Shown here piece after piece: positions 9,373-18,334 of a DNA stretch of 49,660 nucleotides; the first letter of the stretch is position 1; every line of letters begins with the position of its first letter. This stretch comes from an uncultured archaeon (GTDB lineage: Archaea > Aenigmatarchaeota > Aenigmatarchaeia > CG10238-14), in NCBI GenBank assembly GCA_964392445.1, contig CAYMPD010000006.1:1-49660 (forward strand), in the 5' to 3' direction. The notes under the pieces were generated by a model. It had not been told where the DNA came from. It made no database searches and saw only the letters and a program-made list of their open reading frames with translations. A program made the position numbers and the translations under genes.

Positions 9373-10185
9373 TTATTGTTTTATTTTTTTAATTTCTAAA
9401 TAAGGTACTTCTACCAATTCCTTGTATCTCTTGTAATTTTCAGAATGACCAAATTTACCATGTTCACCTAACATCTCGCCATGATCTGAAGTTATTACCA
9501 CAGTTTTCTTTATTTCTTGGATTAGTTTTGAAATATCCTTCAAGGCCAGAAGAAGATTTTTTTCATATTCCTCTCTCAATTTCTCTAAATTATATTTTTC
9601 TAATATGTAAACCATTTGGTTGGGATATGGAGTATTTAGAACCTCTCGAATTTTGTTTTTCAATTTTCTAGTAATATGGAATCTTTGTAGAATATCGCCA
9701 ATAAAAATTGTAATTGAATTCTCAGGAGCATTAGTTCGGGCTTTTGTGTTTATTCTAGATTCTGGTTCAGTTTCACTCAACTTAATATAGGGGAAATGGG
9801 GTTGCATATAATGTAAAACAAATCTTTTATCAGGGTATGAACTCCTAACTTTTAAGTAAGATTTGCTCACCTCTTCGGGCTTCACAGTTTTATTCTTATG
9901 ATCCCACCCAAAGTCCCAAACATCAACTACTTTATGGAAATTATTACTAGCTAATATACCATCAATTTTGACTTTAGAATTCAAGTAAGGGTTACCGGAT
10001 ATGTATACAATATCATCCCTGTAAACCTTAAAATTTTTCTTAAACCATTCAGTTGTAGCTCGACCTAAGCTTTCTTTTTTTTTGAGCTTACCTTTGAAAA
10101 AATCTTTATAATTTTTTTTAAAATAGTCATACCTGCAAGCATCCAGAATTATAAGTACATCCCAATCCTGTTCAGCTATACTCAT
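9373..10185 (-). CDS. Alkaline phosphatase/sulfatase superfamily protein (soluble)
   Basis: LDACRYD, ATTEW, HYMQPHFPY, TSDHGEMLGE..GH metal-binding motifs. Confidence 0.7.
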   Translation of the reverse strand: MSIAEQDWDVLIILDACRYDYFKKNYKDFFKGKLKKKESLGRATTEWFKKNFKVYRDDIVYISGNPYLNSKVKIDGILASNNFHKVVDVWDFGWDHKNKTVKPEEVSKSYLKVRSSYPDKRFVLHYMQPHFPYIKLSETEPESRINTKARTNAPENSITIFIGDILQRFHITRKLKNKIREVLNTPYPNQMVYILEKYNLEKLREEYEKNLLLALKDISKLIQEIKKTVVITSDHGEMLGEHGKFGHSENYKRYKELVEVPYLEIKKIKQ

Positions 10186-10193
10186 TTAACCAT

Positions 10194-11795
10194 CTAATAC
10201 TTTACTTCATAAACAATGTTCCCATCACATCCACCCATCTGCAAACACTCTTGTAATTTGGATCCATTCTCAAAAACATTAACAAAATGTTCAGGGTTAC
10301 TTTCTAGGAATCGAGCAAATTCAACCGTATATTTTTCAGACATAGGTTCGTTACTAAGACTGAATTTATGTAAAAATATGTGTGTAACCCCATACTCTTT
10401 TGTTTTATTCAGTGTATAATTCACATCTGTACTTAATGATATATCAACTACATTCCCAACCACATTTCTTTGGCAATTATAAACCGCGCGATTAGACCAG
10501 ATAGTCATGATAACAGAATCTTGTGGTGTATTTTCTTTTATCCAATCACAGGCTTTAAAGTACATAGGAGAGAATTGTTTTACATCCATCATAGTGTCTG
10601 TCTTTTGCTTCAAATTGAGAAAGCTAATAACTATTACGAAAACAAATACCATCAGAGCAAGTTGTTTTTGATATTTTCTGATAAATTTATAAACTTCGGT
10701 GAAGTATCTTCCAACAATAACAGCTATTATTGGTATCCAACCTAGAGTGTATCTAGCCGTATCTTCAGCTCTTTTGAAAATACCCTGAGTTGTTATTATT
10801 AAGATAGTTGAGAGTGAAAGTAAGATTAGAACATCCATTTTATTTCTTTTCGCAAACATCAAGATTATCCCAGATATTAACCCGAAGACAACCAGCCACA
10901 TATGACCGTAAGCAAATTTCAAATAATTCATTAAACCCATTTTAAGAACACCAGTCTCTGTACCTACTTGTTGAGTCCTTTGAGGAAATTCATGATCAGA
11001 TTCAATTGGTTCTTTTAGAGTCGTCATTGGTTCAAACAGAGGTATAGGTGCACCAACCATAGGAGTTTTAAAATAATAGAGACTTCTTAGGAAAAAGCCC
11101 CCTTGGATCAGCATTAAGATAACTATAACTAGAAAATATTTTTTAAAGAGAAATTGGAAATCTTTTTTCTTGAATAATTCATAAAGAAACACTAAACCGA
11201 ATACCAAATAAACAACTAAACCTGGGAGCTTGGTCATTAAGGCAAAGGAACCGAAGACAGAGGACAAAATAAGATATTTTTTCTCATCTTTTTTCAGGGA
11301 TAAGAGTAATGTAAAGACACAAAGGGAAAAGTAAAACGTGAAAAGAGCGTCAGTGTAAAGAAGAACAGAATAAGTAACAAATGAAGGAACAGTTACAGAG
11401 ATTACGCCTGCGATAAATCCAACTTCTTCATTGTAAAGTTCTTTTACTAAAAGATAAACAGATAAACCTGTGAAAAATGCTATAAGGGGCGGAAGTAATT
11501 TCCCTACAATTTCTCTGAAACCAAGTAAAAGATAAAACCCCGCTTCTGTTAGATTCCAAAGAGGAGGTCTTGCAAAAGCATTTGTAGGTTCTGTTCCATG
11601 AAAAGGTATCCAAGCAAAGACATCTTTTTCCTGAGCAAACCATTGGGCGATTCTTGTATGGAAACCCTCATCGCCAAAATTAATAGGTGTTTTAATTGTG
11701 ACTCTTACATTCAGGAAAAGTACTATTCCTAGGAAAATTATCAATACTAGCAGTTCTGGTTTTTTGATTTCTAGACTAATTTCTTTTTCGGGCAA
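10194..11795 (-). CDS. ArnT/PMT-like GT-C membrane glycosyltransferase
   Basis: Multi-TM; FGDEGFH, RPPLW, YTDALF, TK..G motifs; soluble C-terminal domain. TTG start with SD GAGGAG. Confidence 0.75.
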   Translation of the reverse strand: MPEKEISLEIKKPELLVLIIFLGIVLFLNVRVTIKTPINFGDEGFHTRIAQWFAQEKDVFAWIPFHGTEPTNAFARPPLWNLTEAGFYLLLGFREIVGKLLPPLIAFFTGLSVYLLVKELYNEEVGFIAGVISVTVPSFVTYSVLLYTDALFTFYFSLCVFTLLLSLKKDEKKYLILSSVFGSFALMTKLPGLVVYLVFGLVFLYELFKKKDFQFLFKKYFLVIVILMLIQGGFFLRSLYYFKTPMVGAPIPLFEPMTTLKEPIESDHEFPQRTQQVGTETGVLKMGLMNYLKFAYGHMWLVVFGLISGIILMFAKRNKMDVLILLSLSTILIITTQGIFKRAEDTARYTLGWIPIIAVIVGRYFTEVYKFIRKYQKQLALMVFVFVIVISFLNLKQKTDTMMDVKQFSPMYFKACDWIKENTPQDSVIMTIWSNRAVYNCQRNVVGNVVDISLSTDVNYTLNKTKEYGVTHIFLHKFSLSNEPMSEKYTVEFARFLESNPEHFVNVFENGSKLQECLQMGGCDGNIVYEVKY

Positions 11796-11876
11796 TTGAT
11801 CTCCTCGAGATAATACAAGATTAATAGTAATTTCAAATTTTAATCTTTTTAGATTTATAGTACTAAAATATTTTAC

Positions 11877-12932
11877 ATGAAAGTTTGTCTTCTTGCATAT
11901 GAAGTTTCCAAATCAACTGGTCAAGGAGTATGTAGATATGGCGCAGAGCTTTATGATGAATTATTAAGAAATGGAATAGACGTTGAATTAGTAACAAAAA
12001 AAACAATCGAAACCCCAATGATACACGACAACTTCGTTATACCCTTTGAAATAATCAAAAGATTGGGTAAGAATTTTATTTTTCATTCAATAACACCCAG
12101 ACAAGGGATATATACACCTCTTATCTTAAGACCCAAAAGTATTGTAACAATATTAGACATGATACCTCTAAGGGAACAGGAAATAAAAGATTCACCTTCA
12201 CCTTTCTTAGCTTCCATCTACGGTAGATACGTGTATAACATGGCTAAAAAAGCAAGGAAAATAATAACCATTTCTAGTTTGATTAAAAAGGAAATAATAG
12301 AAAATCTAAATGTAGATGAATCTAAAATAGAGATAGCTCATTTGGCTGCAGGTAATCAGTTTAAACCACTTAAAGTTAAAAAAGAAAAGTTAAGAGTTGG
12401 ATATGTTGGAGGTCTTGCTCCTAGGAAGAGGGTGGGGATACTAATTAAGAGTTTCAATATTTTAATGAAAAATCATCCTGATTTAGATTGTGAATTGTTT
12501 ATATATGGACCAAAAGGAGAAACTAGTTTGATAAATGAGTATCCAAAACTTCTTGAAATGACAAAGCAAATGGGACTAAAAAATGTTCATTTTGGAGGAT
12601 TTGTTCCCTACGAAAAGTTAGTTCCTACTTATAATTCTTTAGATGTTTTTGTTTTTCCAACTAAATATGAAGGTTTTGGGATGCCAATTATAGAAGCTCA
12701 GAGGTGTGGTCTTCCTGTAATAACAATGGAAGATGGGAATAATCCAGAAGAAGTTGTTAAAAAGACCATCCAATGCAAAGACGAGAAGGAGGTTTCAGAA
12801 ATGATATTCAGACTTTTAACTGATAAAAAATTTAAGAATAAAATATCCAAGGAAGGACTAAAGTACTCAAAAAGATTCACTTGGGAGAATTGTGCTAAAA
12901 AAACAATAAAAGTGTATGAGGAGTTGGTTTAA
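11877..12932 (+). CDS. GT4 glycosyltransferase
   Basis: YVGGLAPRK, YEGFGMPIIEAQRCG (Ex7E), FTWENCA. Confidence 0.88.
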   Translation: MKVCLLAYEVSKSTGQGVCRYGAELYDELLRNGIDVELVTKKTIETPMIHDNFVIPFEIIKRLGKNFIFHSITPRQGIYTPLILRPKSIVTILDMIPLREQEIKDSPSPFLASIYGRYVYNMAKKARKIITISSLIKKEIIENLNVDESKIEIAHLAAGNQFKPLKVKKEKLRVGYVGGLAPRKRVGILIKSFNILMKNHPDLDCELFIYGPKGETSLINEYPKLLEMTKQMGLKNVHFGGFVPYEKLVPTYNSLDVFVFPTKYEGFGMPIIEAQRCGLPVITMEDGNNPEEVVKKTIQCKDEKEVSEMIFRLLTDKKFKNKISKEGLKYSKRFTWENCAKKTIKVYEELV

Positions 12933-13951
12933 TGAATAGAATTTTAGTTACAGGTGGTGTTGGTTTTATCGGTTCAAATTTAGTAGATTATTTTTTAGAA
13001 AAGGGATATAAAATTACGATAATGGATAATTTTTCAAGAGAAGGATCTGAAATTAATGCTGAATATCTTTTGAAAAAACACAAAAATTTAGATATAGAAA
13101 GGGTAGATATAAGAGATATTAAAAAACTAAAAAATATACTCAAAAAAAAGAAAATAGACACAATATTTCACGCAGCAGGTCAAACGGCAGTTACAACTTC
13201 CGTTGAATATCCTAGAGAAGATTTCGAAGTTAATGCTTTGGGAACTTTTAATGTTTTAGAGGCAGCTCGACTTTCTGTTAACAACCCATCAATAATTTTT
13301 ACATCAACCAATAAAGTATACGGAAATAATGTAAATAAAATACCAATTAATGAAAGAGACAAAAGATACGAATTCGGGGATGAGAAATTTAAATTCGGGA
13401 TTCCAGAAGATTTCCCGACAGACGCAAATGAACATACCCCATACGGTTGTTCAAAATACACGGCCGATATTTATATGAGAGATTATTGTGAAATATTTGG
13501 GCTAAAAACATTGGTCTTTAGAATGTCATGTATTTATGGTCCTATGCAAAATGGAACAGAGGATCAGGGATGGTTAGCTCACTTCTTAATTTCAGGGTTA
13601 AAGAATAACCAATTAACAATATTTGGTGATGGAAAGCAGGTTAGGGACGTTCTGTTTGCTAGTGATTTGTGCAGGCTCTTTGAACTAGCTTTGAAAAATA
13701 TAGATAAAGTGAGTGGAGAAGTTTATAATGTGGGCGGAGGGCATAATAACACTCTTTCATTAATAGAATTATTAGAATTAATGGGAAAGAAAAATATAGA
13801 ACCAAAATATTCCTTTTCTGATTGGAGACCTGCTGATCAAAAAGTTTACATCTCGGATATAAGAAAAGCTAAAAAAGATTTTAAATGGGAACCGAAAATT
13901 GGCCCAGAGGAAGGAGTTGAAAAATTTTTAAAATGGTTCAAAGGGGATTAG
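12932..13951 (+). CDS. CDP-paratose 2-epimerase (RfbE/tyvelose epimerase)-like SDR
   Basis: GGVGFIGSN, AGQTAVTTS...PREDFEVNA.GT, STNKVYG, PYGCSK, EDQGWLAHF, WRPADQKVY. Confidence 0.75.
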   Translation: MNRILVTGGVGFIGSNLVDYFLEKGYKITIMDNFSREGSEINAEYLLKKHKNLDIERVDIRDIKKLKNILKKKKIDTIFHAAGQTAVTTSVEYPREDFEVNALGTFNVLEAARLSVNNPSIIFTSTNKVYGNNVNKIPINERDKRYEFGDEKFKFGIPEDFPTDANEHTPYGCSKYTADIYMRDYCEIFGLKTLVFRMSCIYGPMQNGTEDQGWLAHFLISGLKNNQLTIFGDGKQVRDVLFASDLCRLFELALKNIDKVSGEVYNVGGGHNNTLSLIELLELMGKKNIEPKYSFSDWRPADQKVYISDIRKAKKDFKWEPKIGPEEGVEKFLKWFKGD

Positions 13952-14027
13952 TATTTTATAAATTTTTATTTAATTGATTTACGAGAAAGATTTCTCGGAC
14001 GATTGATAAAAAAATATAATAAAGGAA

Positions 14028-14978
14028 GTGAATTTTTTGCCATCAAAAAAACAAAAATTACCAAAAGTCACTGTAATAATTCCTGCATATAATGAAGAAT
14101 ATCATATTGAGAAATGCCTTGAATCAATTAAAAAAGTAAATTATCCTAGGAACAAAATTGAAGTTATTGTGATAGATGATGGTTCTACGGATGATACAAG
14201 GAAAATAGTTTCCAGTTTTGATGTTAAATTAATTAAAGGGAAACATGAAGGAGTTGGTGTTTCAAGAAATTTAGGCATTAAAAAATCAACCGGCAAAATT
14301 ATATTATTTCTGGATGCGGATGAAACCATTAATAAGAATTTTATTATAGAAGTTGTAAAGCCTTTTAGAGATGAAAAAATTATTGCTGTAGATTCTTCCT
14401 ATAAACTGGTGAATAAAGGCATCATTCCAAAACTCCATTTCCTTAGAATTCTATTAGGTATTGATTATGAAGATTCTGTATTTCCAAAGATTTGTAGGAA
14501 AAAGACGATCAAAGATATTGGTATGATAAAACCCAAGTTTGGTTATTATGATGATTGGGATTTCAAGGTTAGAATGTCTAAGAAAGGGAAATTAGTTAGA
14601 GTTAAAGAAGCTATTTGTGGTAAAATTGAGCCAGAGAACTTGAGAGAGATGTGGAGACAAAATAAATGGGCGGGAGAATCAATAGTTAAATTATTTTTTG
14701 GTTATAGAAAAGATACAATCAGAAAACTGTTATTTTCATTTATGTGTGCTCCAATACCAATTTATTTAATGATGCTTTTAACCCCATTTTGGTTTTTGGG
14801 ATTATTTGGTATTTTGCCTTTTCTTTTTGTAGAGTTAAAAAGGTCATTTCAAATGTATAGAAAGACTAAATGGTTAGAATCTTTTTTAACACCGTTTTTT
14901 GATGTCTTTACCATGGATATGTATTTTATTGGTATTCTCATAGGTCTCTTGAATATTAGATCGATACCAAAAGTATAA
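14028..14978 (+). CDS. GT2 glycosyltransferase
   Basis: IIPAYNEE, DDGSTD, FLDAD, C-terminal TM helices. Confidence 0.85.
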   Translation: MNFLPSKKQKLPKVTVIIPAYNEEYHIEKCLESIKKVNYPRNKIEVIVIDDGSTDDTRKIVSSFDVKLIKGKHEGVGVSRNLGIKKSTGKIILFLDADETINKNFIIEVVKPFRDEKIIAVDSSYKLVNKGIIPKLHFLRILLGIDYEDSVFPKICRKKTIKDIGMIKPKFGYYDDWDFKVRMSKKGKLVRVKEAICGKIEPENLREMWRQNKWAGESIVKLFFGYRKDTIRKLLFSFMCAPIPIYLMMLLTPFWFLGLFGILPFLFVELKRSFQMYRKTKWLESFLTPFFDVFTMDMYFIGILIGLLNIRSIPKV

Positions 14979-15005
14979 TTATTTTGAAGTTTGAAAAGGT
15001 TATTT

Positions 15006-16055
15006 ATGAGGGTTCTCTTTACTCATGAATTATTCCCCCCAGATATTGCTGGAGGGGGAGAGAAGTTAACACTTAGAATAATAAAGGGTTTGATGGAAAG
15101 AGGGATGGAAGTAGAAGTCTTAACTAGTGGAAATCCAAAAATAAAGGAATGTGAAGGTATTAAAACAACTAGAATACCAGTTAATAGATATTTAATGAAC
15201 TTTACTTTTCGGGTCATTAGGAAAAAGGCTAAGGATTTTGATCTTATACAGACTAGTAGTGGGAATATGGCATTCCCCTCTTGGGTAGCTGCTAAACTAT
15301 CAGGAAAACCCTGTGTATGTTATATTCACCACATATTAGGACCATATTGGATAGATGTTAGAGGATTTTTTTTGGGAAATATATTCCATTTAGGAGAAAA
15401 AATAATATTTTCGAGAGATTTTGGACGAATTATTTTTCAGAATTATACCTCTAGAGATTTGGGATTGAAACTTGGAGCTAAAGAGGAGAGAATTTCGATA
15501 TTACAGCCAGGTATAAATCATCAAAAATTCCAATTAAAAGGTATTAAAAGAAAACCATTTGTTTTGTTTGTTGGTAATTTCCATATGGACAAAAGTATGT
15601 CCAAATATAAGGGATTTGATTACTTTCTAGAAGCCACGGAAAACTTCCCAGATATAAATTTTGTTGTTGTGGGGGGTGGCAGCTATTTTGATAAGATTAA
15701 GAAAAATAATCCCAAAAACATCAGATTTACTGGTCCTTTAAACGAAGAAGAATTGATTAAGCTATATAACGAGTGTTTAGTTTTTTGTTCTTCCTCCCTT
15801 ACAGAGGGATTTGGTCTAGTTATTCAAGAAGCTATGACATCTGGTTGTCCCATAGTTTCTACTGTTGATATAGGTCAAAAAGGGATATTTGTACCTACTA
15901 AGAACTCTAAGGAACTTACTAATGCTATAAGGTATTATTTTGATAATATAGATGAAGCTCTTGAGATTGGAAAAGAAAACCAGAAACTCTCAAAGAAATT
16001 TTCTTGGGATAAATATTTTGATGGTTTTGTAAATATATATGAAGAATTAATTTGA
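15006..16055 (+). CDS. GT4 glycosyltransferase
   Basis: FPPDIAGGGE, EGFGLVIQEAMTSG, FSWD. ATG 15006 preferred over TTG 14991. Confidence 0.85.
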   Translation: MRVLFTHELFPPDIAGGGEKLTLRIIKGLMERGMEVEVLTSGNPKIKECEGIKTTRIPVNRYLMNFTFRVIRKKAKDFDLIQTSSGNMAFPSWVAAKLSGKPCVCYIHHILGPYWIDVRGFFLGNIFHLGEKIIFSRDFGRIIFQNYTSRDLGLKLGAKEERISILQPGINHQKFQLKGIKRKPFVLFVGNFHMDKSMSKYKGFDYFLEATENFPDINFVVVGGGSYFDKIKKNNPKNIRFTGPLNEEELIKLYNECLVFCSSSLTEGFGLVIQEAMTSGCPIVSTVDIGQKGIFVPTKNSKELTNAIRYYFDNIDEALEIGKENQKLSKKFSWDKYFDGFVNIYEELI

Positions 16056-16132
16056 TGAATATAATTTAATTTATTAAAAAATTATTGATTAAAAACAAAA
16101 AAGGTTTATATTTTGGACACGAATTGATTAAA

Positions 16133-18310
16133 ATGGAAAAGAAAAAAATATCAATATCATTAAACACAATCTTAATCCCAGTAATACTTCTATCCCTCTT
16201 TGCGTTTTCAATGTGGACAAGATTGGGGACGATGAAAGCAAAAACAATTTTGGATTATGATCCTTGGTGGCAATATAGATACGCAAAAACAATAGTAGAA
16301 AATAATTTAAAGGCACCAAAATGGGATATATTAAGTTTTTTTCCACCAGGGAGACCTATTGGTAAAACGATGGGTTGGGAATATACCATGATATTATTCT
16401 ATAAAATACTCTCACCTTTTATCAAAAATTTCACTTTTATGGAAGCTGCAAAATTAGCTCCCGCTTTAATGGTTGGTTTAGCTAGTATTTCAGCATTTTT
16501 CTTGGGTAGAGTATTAAGTAATAAATGGGGGGGGGTATTGACAGGCATTTTCGCTGCATCTACACCAACATTTATAGGTGTATCTATGGCAGGCTATTGC
16601 GATACGGATGCGGTAGTTGTATTTTATACATTTCTATGTATTTTCTCAATATTTCTGGCTTTGAAGAAAAAGAAGATATTTTATTATGTTTTTGCTTTTC
16701 TTGTTAATGTTCTATTCATTTTCAATTGGTGGTTTGGTTGGTATATATCATTTTTCTTCTTCTTATTCATTCCAAGTTTAGTGGGATATAAACTATTTGA
16801 AAGTCTTATTTACGATAAAAAAATAAATCTATCAAAAATATGGAAAGACGTAAAATCCGTAATTGTACCTTTGTTTGTTTTTATCTTAGCTTTGAATCTA
16901 TTTGGAATTGTTTTTAACTTTGGAAACACTCTTCAATTTGTTAGAATAGGAATGGGATTTGCTGGGGGGGCTGGTGGAAATATAGTAAATGTATCTGTAG
17001 CAGAATTACAACCGATAAACATCCTAACTAAATCAGGTTTTATGGCTATTGCTGGTAGAGTGGGCATGGGACCTATTCTTTTGTTTATAATAGGACTTCC
17101 TTTGTTGGTCGTTTATAAAATTTACAAAAAAGAAAAAGTTGGTATTACTGAAATCTTCCTTTTTATGTGGTCTGTCTTAACTTTTTACTTGATACTCCAT
17201 GGAGTTAGATTTTCCTTATTATTCTCATGTGCTGTTACAGCTGCTGCTGGCTATGTTTTTGGAAATCTCGTAAAATTGTTAAAAAAAGATATTGTTGGTA
17301 TCACAGTTTTTGGAATTGTGGGTTTATTAGTTTTGATTTTTGTTTCTAATGCTTTGACTTTTGCTAATCAATCCAGTGCTATGGAAGTTGGTCAAAATTG
17401 GTTAGATATGTTAGATTGGTTAAATGAAAATGCTGACCAAAACGCCATTGTATCAACTTGGTGGGACCCTGGTCACATAATAGCTGGGTATACGGATTTA
17501 AGAGTCCATGGTGATGGTGCACACTGCGGAAAAGGGGAATGTTTACCCTACCCACATGATACAAGAATACAGGATATGGGGAGGATAATGTCAACTACTA
17601 ACGAAACAGAGGCGGTTGAATTATTGGAAAAATACATGGATCTCACAGACAAAGATTGTGAAGAGGTAAAGGAAAAGTATGGAGATATTGTCCCGAGGGA
17701 AGCATGTGAACCAGCTTCTGAGATGTACTTTATAGCAAGTTCTGACTTGATTGGTAAGTTTACTTGGATGAATTATTTCGGTGGCTACAGAGCACCTATA
17801 GCCTCATCACAAGATTTTGAAAGAAATCCAGGCATATGTTGTCCATCCACACCTAAAACAGAACCAGGTCAGATGTCGTGTGGAGAATTTGCTGATCAGG
17901 GTAGAGGTGTTTGGGTCTGGTGTCCTTGGATATTCAGTTTTACGGACCAACAACAGGATCAAGAAGGTAATCCAGTTTATGTCTACGATTATTCTGGTTT
18001 GAAAATGGCTGTCGTCCAGAAAGGAGAACAGTTAATTCCAATTTACAGCAACAAATACGTTATCAATAATATGTTATTTTATAATCAAGGACAAGAACAA
18101 AGGTTAGATTTATCAAATGCTACTCTTAACTTACAAAAAATAGATGGATTAGTTTGGGTGGACCCTGGTTTTAATAACTTGATTTATTTTGCCCCATCAC
18201 TTAAAGACAGCATATTTACCAGAACATTTTTCTTTGACGGGAAAGATTTAGACCATTTTGAATTGGTATTTTCTAATAGTGAGATTAAGCTGTTCAAGGT
18301 CAACTTTTAA
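16133..18310 (+). CDS. aglB: Oligosaccharyltransferase AglB (STT3)
   Basis: DYDPWW, GYCDTD, VSVAE, WWDPG (WWDxG) and DLIGK (DK motif); about 13 TM helices then a soluble domain. ATG 16133 preferred over TTG 16085. Confidence 0.92.
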   Translation: MEKKKISISLNTILIPVILLSLFAFSMWTRLGTMKAKTILDYDPWWQYRYAKTIVENNLKAPKWDILSFFPPGRPIGKTMGWEYTMILFYKILSPFIKNFTFMEAAKLAPALMVGLASISAFFLGRVLSNKWGGVLTGIFAASTPTFIGVSMAGYCDTDAVVVFYTFLCIFSIFLALKKKKIFYYVFAFLVNVLFIFNWWFGWYISFFFFLFIPSLVGYKLFESLIYDKKINLSKIWKDVKSVIVPLFVFILALNLFGIVFNFGNTLQFVRIGMGFAGGAGGNIVNVSVAELQPINILTKSGFMAIAGRVGMGPILLFIIGLPLLVVYKIYKKEKVGITEIFLFMWSVLTFYLILHGVRFSLLFSCAVTAAAGYVFGNLVKLLKKDIVGITVFGIVGLLVLIFVSNALTFANQSSAMEVGQNWLDMLDWLNENADQNAIVSTWWDPGHIIAGYTDLRVHGDGAHCGKGECLPYPHDTRIQDMGRIMSTTNETEAVELLEKYMDLTDKDCEEVKEKYGDIVPREACEPASEMYFIASSDLIGKFTWMNYFGGYRAPIASSQDFERNPGICCPSTPKTEPGQMSCGEFADQGRGVWVWCPWIFSFTDQQQDQEGNPVYVYDYSGLKMAVVQKGEQLIPIYSNKYVINNMLFYNQGQEQRLDLSNATLNLQKIDGLVWVDPGFNNLIYFAPSLKDSIFTRTFFFDGKDLDHFELVFSNSEIKLFKVNF

Positions 18311-18334
18311 TAAGACTCAATCCATTTAATTTCT

